A stretch of DNA of 54,765 nucleotides from an uncultured bacterium (GTDB lineage Bacteria; Patescibacteriota; Gracilibacteria; UM-FILTER-43-11): contig CBDUQS010000002.1 of the NCBI GenBank assembly GCA_965369815.1, forward strand, positions 1 to 54,765. Direction: 5' to 3'. A model generated the notes under the pieces. The model searched no databases, was not told where the DNA came from, and saw nothing but the letters and a program-made list of their open reading frames with translations. The position numbers and the translations under genes were made by a program. Positions within the stretch are counted from its first letter, which is position 1. The number at the start of each line of letters is the position of its first letter. This document shows, in pieces, positions 31,100-38,843 of this stretch.

Positions 31100-31127
31100 T
31101 ATATACCACTCTAACTGACACTTACAA
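31100..31127 (-). promoter_or_regulatory. promoter of the ATPase gene (TTGTAA-16-TATATA, TGg extended -10)
   Basis: The minus strand reads TTGTAAGTGTCAGTTAGAGTGGTATATA. It shares the TTAGAG...TGGTATA elements of the cassette, with a shorter spacer between them. Confidence 0.5.
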
Positions 31128-31138
31128 TAAAAAATCCG

Positions 31139-31194
31139 AAATTCTAAACCCTAAATTCTAAAATTTTCGAGCTTCGAGCTTCGGATTTCGAGTT
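31139..31194 (+). repeat. two abutting heptamer arrays: AAAYYCT x4 then TCGRRYT x4
   Basis: aaattct aaaccct aaattct aaaattt | tcgagct tcgagct tcggatt tcgagtt, between the 204-aa gene stop and the ATPase promoter. Confidence 0.85.
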
Positions 31195-31202
31195 TAAAAC
31201 AT

Positions 31203-31817
31203 TTAGATATCTAACTCTTCCTCCAAATCCGCATCCTTCTTCTCTTTCACATCATCAACTTCCTCACCAAATTTTGGCAATGCCGCTTCAATCGCTCCCC
31301 AATCAGATTCTTCATTCATTGGAATAATAAGGGTGACCTCGTCCCCCACTTCCGCACGAAAGTAAGTGACTGATGCTAAAAGAACGCTATAAGCTTTGTC
31401 ATTTGCTAAAACCTGATAACGACCATCATTATAAACCAAAGGACCAATAATGGTTTTCCGTTCAACAGGACCAATTTGTTTATAAAGGAACTTTCCTTCT
31501 TCAGTAACCGTTAATTTAAGAACATCTCCTGGAATCAATTTAGATTTACTGGCGTAATTAGCAGGAACAGGGTAAACACTTCCTTTTTTATCCACCATAT
31601 TCTGACCATTAAACACACCCTCAATAACTTTTCCACCACTCTCACCTGGACTCTCTTTAGTAAAGGTAGCTGCCTTTTCTTTATAGGTACCCGTTTCGAT
31701 ACTTTCACCTTCATGAAGCCCCATAGAATCCGCCAAAAGCTGATTAGCAACCTTAAGAGCAGATTCTGCATTATCCATGAGTTCTTTTATGCGAACGAGT
31801 TTTTTTAAATCAGTCAT
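31203..31817 (-). CDS. hypothetical protein (204 aa), two beta-rich repeats, acidic tail
   Basis: N-terminal helix, then VIEGVFNGQNMVDKKGSVYPVPANYASKSKLIPGDVL and a second similar beta segment. C-terminal EEVDDVKEKKDADLEEELDI. Confidence 0.65.
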   Translation of the reverse strand: MTDLKKLVRIKELMDNAESALKVANQLLADSMGLHEGESIETGTYKEKAATFTKESPGESGGKVIEGVFNGQNMVDKKGSVYPVPANYASKSKLIPGDVLKLTVTEEGKFLYKQIGPVERKTIIGPLVYNDGRYQVLANDKAYSVLLASVTYFRAEVGDEVTLIIPMNEESDWGAIEAALPKFGEEVDDVKEKKDADLEEELDI

Positions 31818-31888
31818 TCTGTTTTTATTAATAATTATTTATCGTGATATTAACCATTCCGAGTTTCTCCTCGGAAACTTGAGCTAGG

Positions 31889-32977
31889 TTATGTTAGTTT
31901 AGTACTTGTTACGCAAATGTCAAGTAATTTTAATTTTTTAGTGATTTCTTCAGGACTTAGTAATCCTTCCTGCGCCCCAAAAAAATTCACTACACTATGT
32001 GCATTCACCGTACCAAACTTAAGTGCCTCTTTCAAGTCTTCACCTAGCGCAATGGCGCCTGTAAAGCCAGTCGAGAAGGCATCTCCCGCACCAAGGGTAT
32101 CCACACGCTTATGAGTCACCACTGGGCAAAAGTAAAGTCGCTTTCGATCGCTCGCCTGTGCTCCATTACGTCCATCGGTAATCACCACATTTTTAACCTT
32201 AGTTCGATTAAAAAACTGATACATAATCTCGCCCACATCATCCGCATAGGGAGGAAGAAATGATTTTGAAATATGTACATGGCACTTGGGATCATCTTTC
32301 TTAATTCCTGCAGGCTGATAGGGCGTGCGGGCAAAAAGTGAAGCCTCTTCTTTATTAACAAAAAGAATTTCAGTGTGATCCAAAAGAGCTTTCCACTTTT
32401 TAATCCCCTGCTCCAATTGCTCCTTCCCAGGATTCCAAGCAAATTTGATATGAGGATTCTTTTTCAGGATTTTTAAAATCTCAGCTGGAATATGACTATC
32501 CATTTTTGCTAAATGATTGAGAAAAATCCAATCCGCATTCTCTATTTCTTCCAAAGGTAAGTCTTTAACATTTAAATACTGATTTGCCCCCGCATAAGCT
32601 AAAACCGTTCGATCCCCTTCAAAAGTATTTAAAATAGTAGAAAAAGCGGTTTTATCACGAGTTGTATTCCTTATATAACGAACATCCACATTCTCCCTCG
32701 CTAAATTGGCAATCACTTTATCACCGTAATCTGCTCCCACTTTAGCCACAGTACAAACATCAAAACCCATTCGAGAAAAGCCAACTCCTGTATTGGTAGC
32801 ACCTCCTCCAAAGGTTTCACGAATCTCATCGATTTTCACCTTTCCTCCATAATCAAGACAAACAAAGCTTTTTGAACCCTCTTGATTTTTAAGACGCATG
32901 ATTGAATGATCATGAGCCTTGATAAACATATCGAAGGTCGCCCCGCCAATGGTGAATATTTTTGTTTTATTTTTCAT
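31889..32977 (-). CDS. PfkB-family carbohydrate kinase (ribokinase-like)
   Basis: 362 aa. GGGATNTGVGFSRMG (PfkB signature 1 region) and DTLGAGDAFSTGF (signature 2). Confidence 0.85.
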   Translation of the reverse strand: MKNKTKIFTIGGATFDMFIKAHDHSIMRLKNQEGSKSFVCLDYGGKVKIDEIRETFGGGATNTGVGFSRMGFDVCTVAKVGADYGDKVIANLARENVDVRYIRNTTRDKTAFSTILNTFEGDRTVLAYAGANQYLNVKDLPLEEIENADWIFLNHLAKMDSHIPAEILKILKKNPHIKFAWNPGKEQLEQGIKKWKALLDHTEILFVNKEEASLFARTPYQPAGIKKDDPKCHVHISKSFLPPYADDVGEIMYQFFNRTKVKNVVITDGRNGAQASDRKRLYFCPVVTHKRVDTLGAGDAFSTGFTGAIALGEDLKEALKFGTVNAHSVVNFFGAQEGLLSPEEITKKLKLLDICVTSTKLT

Positions 32978-33000
32978 TTTCCTTCAAGTCCATTCTAACG

Positions 33001-33028
33001 TAAAAATTAAAAATTAAAAATTAAAAAT
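33001..33028 (+). repeat. heptamer tandem array TAAAAAT x4 (perfect)
   Basis: Lies between the MFS stop (33029) and the PfkB kinase start (32977). The same unit occurs twice at 955-968. Confidence 0.9.
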
Positions 33029-34267
33029 TTACTCTGAAGAGCTAAGTGTTAAATCGTAGCTCCTAAAATTCAAAGACATTGCCCCCAATCCAAAAGCGAC
33101 CACTGCAATCAAAAGAAAGGTGATCTGAATTCCATAAACATCAGCAATAACACCCATAAGAATAGGGCCAACAATGCGCCCCAAGCGCTCAATAAAATTA
33201 TTAACCCCTGTTATTTCTCCATACATACGGCGTGGCGTTAAGCGAGTGATCGCTCCATTATAAGCAGGGCGGATAATAGCTATAGAAAGAGAAATTGAAG
33301 CCGCTAAAACCATAATCCAAGCCTCTTGGACAATAAAGAAAAGGGAGATAAAAGAAATAGCTCCAATAAAAAGCCCTGTTGCGATCACATTCATTTGACG
33401 CATACGATCGGTAAGCTCCGAAATAAACCAACTGAATACAAACGGCATGTACATCACAGCCATAAGCAAGGCAATAGAGGAATAGCTTAAGTTTATGCTC
33501 AAAGCAAAGAGAGGAATGAAAATAAATACGAACATTCTTAATGCTCCATCAAAAAAAGCTAAAATAAAGAAAAAAATCATCTTGGGGTTCAAATCCCGAC
33601 AATCCTGAAAAATACTCAATACATCGTTTCGTCCATGAAAATAACGTTTAAAACCCCTGAAAAGAGATTTAATTCCTCTTTCGTGTAAACGCGGTAACAC
33701 AAAGAAGCTCATCAAAATACCCGGCATTACAAAAAAGAACATATTGTTCAAATTATAATACGGAACCAAAAAGGCCGCTAAAAGCATTCCCACAATCCAG
33801 CCCAAATAATCCAAAGCAACGTAATAAGCAAAAGGACCTGACTTCCCTTTTCCATTATGCTTTCGAATATAAGCTTCCGTTCCTACCACCACAAAGGTTT
33901 GAGCGATTCCATTAAAGAAAAGAGCTAAAACTAAAAGGGGTAAGCTCTGAAAAGCACCCGCTACAAAGTAACCAATCGCCACGCAAAAGTATAAAAGCTC
34001 TCCATCTTTAATAATAGTCCCCTCTTTCATTTTATCTGTCAGACGCATGAGTGGAATAACGGCTAAAAGTGCACTAAAAGACATTACAGAAGTAAGCAAT
34101 CCGACCATGGTGTAATGCTCGCTGAACTGCTGTAAATAAACAGACCAGTAAGGATCCACGAATCCCCATCCAAGACTTCGAAGAAAAATCACGAACACCA
34201 CCAACTTAATACCAAGGGTAATAGAGAGATAGTCTTTCCTGAAAAGTTTAAGCGTTTTAGCGAACAT
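33029..34267 (-). CDS. MFS transporter
   Basis: 412 aa, ~12 hydrophobic segments. An MFS-like loop (LTDKMKEG; ELTDRMRQMN) follows TM2 and TM8. Confidence 0.8.
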   Translation of the reverse strand: MFAKTLKLFRKDYLSITLGIKLVVFVIFLRSLGWGFVDPYWSVYLQQFSEHYTMVGLLTSVMSFSALLAVIPLMRLTDKMKEGTIIKDGELLYFCVAIGYFVAGAFQSLPLLVLALFFNGIAQTFVVVGTEAYIRKHNGKGKSGPFAYYVALDYLGWIVGMLLAAFLVPYYNLNNMFFFVMPGILMSFFVLPRLHERGIKSLFRGFKRYFHGRNDVLSIFQDCRDLNPKMIFFFILAFFDGALRMFVFIFIPLFALSINLSYSSIALLMAVMYMPFVFSWFISELTDRMRQMNVIATGLFIGAISFISLFFIVQEAWIMVLAASISLSIAIIRPAYNGAITRLTPRRMYGEITGVNNFIERLGRIVGPILMGVIADVYGIQITFLLIAVVAFGLGAMSLNFRSYDLTLSSSE

Positions 34268-34292
34268 GATTGCTTTTTATTGAGTGATGAAA

Positions 34293-36914
34293 TTAATTAA
34301 CGTTGTTTTTTTGAACAATTTTTCGCTTGTGATGATAGAGGAAGTACGCAAAAACAAATGAGAACAAAATAACCCAATTCGTCTCAGGGCCTGTTTTATC
34401 GGTGCTAGGCACACGACTCAATTGATCCCGATGAATATTTTGATCGAAAGACCCAGAACTAGGAGGATTCACCTGTCCACTGTCATAAGGGATTGGTGAA
34501 GGAGCAGAAGGACGGAATCCAGCACCAGAAGGCATTGCTAGAACTTCCTGAGAAAGAGGTGAAATTTGCTGACCATTAACATCCAGCGCTGCCACCGAAA
34601 AATAATAAGGAACATTGTTAATCAAATCATAAACGGTAGCCGATGTACGATTATCCGCCGTTACAATCGAATCATTGTACTGCATAGGAGCAAAGCCCAT
34701 CGAAATACGATAGTAATAAGCCTGAACTCCTGGGAATTGAGGCCATGAAAGTGATACAGAGCTATCGAATGGAATGGCTTGAATCTGATTAACAGTTGAA
34801 CCTGAAAAAGGATTGTTATAAGGATTGTTATTTGGATCAAATACAGGATTTTGATTTTGATTTGAATCAACAACAGGAACTTCAGGCTCTGGCTCAATAT
34901 TACAAGTTAAACCAGACCACCCTTCATCACATTCACAAACTCCTTCGCTACAAACACCATAGTCTCCACATTGAATATTTTCACAAAGGTCAGGAGCAAT
35001 CGGTGTTACAGCAATGGTCACACTCTTTTCTTCACTCTCCAATCCTTGGCTATCCACAGCGGTAACCGCAATAAAATACTGGGTTTCGTTGTTAAGACCA
35101 CGAAGCTCCCAAGCAGGAGTATCATCTTGTGTATCCATTGTCTGATCCATACTCTCCATTTGAGCCCCATAATAAAGACGATAATGCTGAACCGGTCGTT
35201 CATGAGATTCAAGTGAAGTCCATTCCAACTGAACGAAAGAATCACCAACAATACCTTCAAGACCTTCTACCTGAGGAGGGCTATTGGGCTTGGGTGTCAA
35301 AACTTCAATAATTCCTTTGTTGGTAAATTCACCGCGATTCGAAAGAGAATCAAGTAAAATCACATCCACAGGAAATTGACCATCTTGAACGGGTGAAACT
35401 ACGGTCACTTCATAGGTTCCAGGATCGGTTTCATTCATAAACTCTTCAACGCCTTGAACACGAACTTTTGCCTCTTCAAGGCCTGGTTCAGAAGTTAAAG
35501 AAATAGAAACTTGAGTGCCAGGAACCACAGGTCCATCGACGTCCATTTCAAATGAATTCAAAACGGGTGGAAGTGTATCAATAGTAACTGTAATTGCTTT
35601 AGAAACTTCGCTATTTTCAGTCATCACATAAAACACATGAACACTGCTTTCAAGATTCTGAACCTCAAAGCTGAAAAACCCGTCTGCATCCGTTTCTGTA
35701 TCTCCAATCTTCACATCGTTATCAAAAACCTTAAGGTTAATGTTCTCATTCCCCTGCCCTGTTAAAATAACCAAATTACTTCCCAGTTCCGATCCATCTC
35801 CAGGAGATTTAATCATAATATCATCAGAAGTTGGCGATTGAACAACAGACTGTTCTGGAACCACTTCAATAGAATATTCACCAGCAATCTTAAAGCTGCT
35901 TTTATCAAAAATTTGAACCACCTGATTACCAAGCTTTGTGAATTCCAAAGAGAGATCAAAAGTAAATTTACCCTGATCAGAAGCTTTAAAAGTATATTCA
36001 CCATTACTCGGTAAAATTGCATTGTCATCTTCAGGAACTGAAATAAGAATCGTTCCCGTATAGTTTTTAGCGGTATTATTATCGTTATCTTGAGCCACTA
36101 CGGTCATTGAAAGCTGTTCACCCACCTTAACTGTAGAAGGAAGTCCCTGGATAGAAAAATGATCCACAGGGCCAGGTAAAACATCACCATCTCCTCCAAT
36201 GTCTGCTTTCAAAAGATCGATAAATGAATTATTGGAAACCTTTGGAGCAACGGGGGTAAAAAACACAACCTCCTCTCGATCGCTCAAAACCTGATTCATC
36301 GTCACATCCATCGCCGTAAAAACCGAAACTCCAGGAAAATTTGAAGTGACTTTAAAATTCGTTCGTCCATTCTGATCCGTCACCCCTTCCTGTAAAACTT
36401 CAATACTGTCTTCTGGGCGACTGGAAATCAATTTAACTAAATGATCTTTAATTGGATTACGGTACTGATCGTAAAGCGTTACCACCAAAAAGGTTACATC
36501 ACTACCAGCCTCTACCATCTGTACAGTGCTTCGAAGTGAAGACTGGGAAGCAGAAACAGAATCTGGATAAACCGTGAAAATTGACTGAGGAGAAGAATTA
36601 TCCGAACCTGGATAAACCACCGCTGACCTATAAGATCCCGCAATCTTAGTCTGATGACCAAAGAAATCAGTTTTAGCTACCCCATCCATATCCGCCTGAG
36701 CAGGAATTTGAATCACAGCACCATCGGGTTTCTCCACCACAAATCGCACATCCTGATAAGGATCCACGAGCGACGTACGAAGCGCAGACGGGTAGCCTGC
36801 AACGGTATCAGTCGCATACACCTGAACTGGTAGAAAATCAGCCGAAACAGTTGGCATAAAAATCGCTAAAGCGATCATGGAAATAAAAAAGTTTTTTAAT
36901 GTTTGGAATTTCAC
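34293..36914 (-). CDS. giant tail-anchored surface protein: Big/Ig-like domains, FN3 - EGF-like - FN3, C-terminal TM
   Basis: 873 aa, GTG start, signal peptide MIALAIFMPTVSA. Invasin-type Ig block (VTFLVVTLYDQYRNPIKDHLV...TDQNGRTNFKVTS) and two FN3-like units. 6-Cys CENIQCGDYGVCSEGVCECDEGWSGLTC and TM WVILFSFVFAYFLY. Promoter cassette copy c. Confidence 0.85.
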   Translation of the reverse strand: MKFQTLKNFFISMIALAIFMPTVSADFLPVQVYATDTVAGYPSALRTSLVDPYQDVRFVVEKPDGAVIQIPAQADMDGVAKTDFFGHQTKIAGSYRSAVVYPGSDNSSPQSIFTVYPDSVSASQSSLRSTVQMVEAGSDVTFLVVTLYDQYRNPIKDHLVKLISSRPEDSIEVLQEGVTDQNGRTNFKVTSNFPGVSVFTAMDVTMNQVLSDREEVVFFTPVAPKVSNNSFIDLLKADIGGDGDVLPGPVDHFSIQGLPSTVKVGEQLSMTVVAQDNDNNTAKNYTGTILISVPEDDNAILPSNGEYTFKASDQGKFTFDLSLEFTKLGNQVVQIFDKSSFKIAGEYSIEVVPEQSVVQSPTSDDIMIKSPGDGSELGSNLVILTGQGNENINLKVFDNDVKIGDTETDADGFFSFEVQNLESSVHVFYVMTENSEVSKAITVTIDTLPPVLNSFEMDVDGPVVPGTQVSISLTSEPGLEEAKVRVQGVEEFMNETDPGTYEVTVVSPVQDGQFPVDVILLDSLSNRGEFTNKGIIEVLTPKPNSPPQVEGLEGIVGDSFVQLEWTSLESHERPVQHYRLYYGAQMESMDQTMDTQDDTPAWELRGLNNETQYFIAVTAVDSQGLESEEKSVTIAVTPIAPDLCENIQCGDYGVCSEGVCECDEGWSGLTCNIEPEPEVPVVDSNQNQNPVFDPNNNPYNNPFSGSTVNQIQAIPFDSSVSLSWPQFPGVQAYYYRISMGFAPMQYNDSIVTADNRTSATVYDLINNVPYYFSVAALDVNGQQISPLSQEVLAMPSGAGFRPSAPSPIPYDSGQVNPPSSGSFDQNIHRDQLSRVPSTDKTGPETNWVILFSFVFAYFLYHHKRKIVQKNNVN

Positions 36915-36951
36915 GGGTTTATTTGGTTTAATTTGTTTTTATTTAAATCTT

Positions 36952-36985
36952 TATATTATACCAAATTTCTCTCTAAACATCAATC
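36952..36985 (-). promoter_or_regulatory. promoter cassette copy c, for the 873-aa surface protein gene
   Basis: The minus strand reads GATTGATGTTTAGAGAGAAATTTGGTATAATATA. It shares 23 nt perfectly with copy a. The GTG start is at 36914. Confidence 0.75.
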
Positions 36986-37039
36986 ATATATAGGGGTATA
37001 AAACAAGATAAGTCAAATACGTCAATATCTTTTGGATTC

Positions 37040-37125
37040 GTAAAAAAACCCAAATTCCCGCATCACAGGTTGGAAAACCTACTCTGCGGATCATCCGACT
37101 TGGAATGTAGGTTTTCTAACCTGCG
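37040..37125 (-). terminator. possible prmC terminator built from the inverted repeat plus a downstream T-run
   Basis: On the minus strand the 17-bp hairpin is followed after ~16 nt by GGTTTTTTTA. The gap is longer than in a canonical intrinsic terminator. Confidence 0.35.
37057..37125. repeat. CAGGTTnGAAAACCTAC-family element, inverted pair (17-bp arms)
   Basis: caggttggaaaacctac (37066-37082) pairs with gtaggttttctaacctg (37107-37123), with one G-T pair. The right arm matches the 28441-28457 sequence perfectly over 17 nt in reverse orientation. Confidence 0.7.
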
Positions 37126-37152
37126 TTTCAAGTCAAGTTTCCAGCCTGCGTT

Positions 37153-38067
37153 TTAAGCCCCTCTCTCCATACACAAAACCCTCGCATTCCCGCTCATATT
37201 TTCCACGTATTTCAACCGATAATCAGGTAAATGGGGTTTTAAAATTGCAATCTGTTCCTCAAAAAGCTCAAAAAAGATCACCCGTGGCTTTATCTCCTTA
37301 AGTTGCTCCGTCAATTTTCGATAAACATCCGCCCCATCATCACCTCCATATAAAGAAATGGAAGGTTCATAAGCCAATTCTGGACTCACTTGAAAATTAA
37401 CGGGAATGTAAGGAAGGTTAGCCGTCACAATCAAATTTTTTCCTTTAATTTTCCCCAAATCAACCCCTTCGAGTAAATCAGATTTCACTAATTGAATTCG
37501 TCGCATCAATCCATGCTTTTTCACATTCTTTCGAGCAATAGAAAGGGCTTTAGAAGAAATATCAGTCGCCATCGCTTTCAAACCCTCCACATTCTTACAA
37601 ACCGCAATCGGAATGCAACCACTCCCCGTCCCAATATCCAACAACATGAAATCTCGAAATCCGAAATTCGAAATTCGAATATTTTTTGAGGGTGTATCTG
37701 ATTTACTGCATCGTTTTTCGTGCTTCGAATTTCGTGCTTCAGATTTAAAATACGAGATGACGCAGCCAACGAGTATTTCCGTATCCGGCCGCGGAACCAG
37801 TACATGCCGATTCACCGCTAGATCCAAACAAAAAAACTCTTTATGACCCACTAAATAAGCCACTGGCTCCCCTTTTTTACGTCGTTCAATCAATCGTTTG
37901 TATCGCCATAAGCTCCAAAAACCCACCTCTGAATCATTATGAGAAAGTAAGAATGTTGTCGGTTTTTTCAACACATGAGCCAGTACGACCTCTGCGTCCA
38001 AACGAGCACTGTCGGATGTCAGTAAAAGCGTCTCATGTCCCCATTTTAAAACATCTTTAATAAGCAT
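37153..38067 (-). CDS. prmC: release-factor glutamine N5-methyltransferase (PrmC/HemK) with ~25-30-aa in-frame insertion
   Basis: 304 aa. HemK N-domain, VLVPRPDTE, motif I LLDIGTGSGCI, motif IV NLPYIP (NPPY variant). The insert SEARNSKHEKRCSKSDTPSKNIRISNFGFRDF is encoded by heptamer arrays. Confidence 0.85.
   Translation of the reverse strand: MLIKDVLKWGHETLLLTSDSARLDAEVVLAHVLKKPTTFLLSHNDSEVGFWSLWRYKRLIERRKKGEPVAYLVGHKEFFCLDLAVNRHVLVPRPDTEILVGCVISYFKSEARNSKHEKRCSKSDTPSKNIRISNFGFRDFMLLDIGTGSGCIPIAVCKNVEGLKAMATDISSKALSIARKNVKKHGLMRRIQLVKSDLLEGVDLGKIKGKNLIVTANLPYIPVNFQVSPELAYEPSISLYGGDDGADVYRKLTEQLKEIKPRVIFFELFEEQIAILKPHLPDYRLKYVENMSGNARVLCMERGA
37648..37744. repeat. inverted pair of TTCG-type heptamer arrays embedded in-frame in prmC
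   Basis: gaaatct cgaaatc cgaaatt cgaaatt cgaatat (37648-37682), 34-nt spacer, ttcgtgc ttcgaat ttcgtgc ttcagat (37717-37744). Same TTCG unit type as 31167-31194. Confidence 0.8.
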
Positions 38068-38082
38068 GCTGTCAGTATATCT

Positions 38083-38103
38083 CTACAGCCTACAAGCTAC
38101 AAC
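38083..38103 (+). repeat. heptamer array CTACARN x3
   Basis: ctacagc ctacaag ctacaac, between the 95-aa gene stop and the prmC start. Confidence 0.75.
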
Positions 38104-38109
38104 TTAAAC

Positions 38110-38397
38110 TTAAGCAACCCCAGAAACATGAGCACGCACTTGTTCAACGTGATCCATTAATATAGCCAAAAGAGAAATATCAAGCTGATCAGAATCCTCA
38201 ACAGCTTGCTCAAGGACTTGAGAAGTTTCTTCTCTCAATCGCTGTAAATACAAATCAAGAGCCCCCTCATGCTCTTCAGTTAAAATCCCAGAAAATTCAA
38301 CAATAGAATCACGCACTGAATCACTAAGCAGATCCTTGCGCTCATCCAAAATTTGAATAACTTCTGATTTTAATTGATTGGCGTTTTTTGCTGGCAT
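38110..38397 (-). CDS. hypothetical small acidic helical protein (95 aa)
   Basis: Clean ORF in an operon-like minus-strand series. No motif recognised. Confidence 0.55.
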   Translation of the reverse strand: MPAKNANQLKSEVIQILDERKDLLSDSVRDSIVEFSGILTEEHEGALDLYLQRLREETSQVLEQAVEDSDQLDISLLAILMDHVEQVRAHVSGVA

Positions 38398-38420
38398 AAT
38401 TAAATTTTAATGAATGCTTT

Positions 38421-38738
38421 TTAATTATTGGAAAATAAAACCTCTTCAGCTCTTTCACGAACCTGACGAATCAATTTTCTTGGCTTTCGGTTTAAAAAAT
38501 GAAGACAAGCCTGTTGCTCATCTGTGAGGTCATTCATACTCACAATATCAAGTGTCATTAAATAATTAGTAGCGTTTTTAAATTCATAAAGTAGCTTTTC
38601 CATCATATCCTCATCTAAATTCATTAAAATCTCTTTAAATTTAATATCTGTAGAAGGATCCTGGTGAGGAGTGATAGATTCAAGAACTTCCAAAAAAGTC
38701 TCTCGAACGGATGGGTTTTCTGAAGGAGTGTTAGGCAT
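38421..38738 (-). CDS. hypothetical small helical protein (~105 aa)
   Basis: The ORF track begins at 38813, but the first 25 codons are AT-rich promoter-like sequence. ATG at 38738 (MPNTPSENPS...) is preferred. Confidence 0.5.
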   Translation of the reverse strand: MPNTPSENPSVRETFLEVLESITPHQDPSTDIKFKEILMNLDEDMMEKLLYEFKNATNYLMTLDIVSMNDLTDEQQACLHFLNRKPRKLIRQVRERAEEVLFSNN

Positions 38739-38843
38739 GTCAAAAAAATAAATGATAATTACTATAATATAGTAACAGCTTAGAGTGAATATGTCAAACA
38801 ATAAAAGGGTCAAAAAGCCAGTTAATAAAAGTAAAACTAAGGC

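Noticed and set aside
31857-31876. Hairpin TTCCGAG-tttctc-CTCGGAA between the PfkB kinase gene and the 204-aa gene, considered as a fifth GTCATTCC-family member.
   Set aside because: It shares only CATTCCGAG with the family and lacks the GTCATT terminus and GGAAT end. It is more simply a local stem-loop next to a TGgTTAATAT -10-like element.
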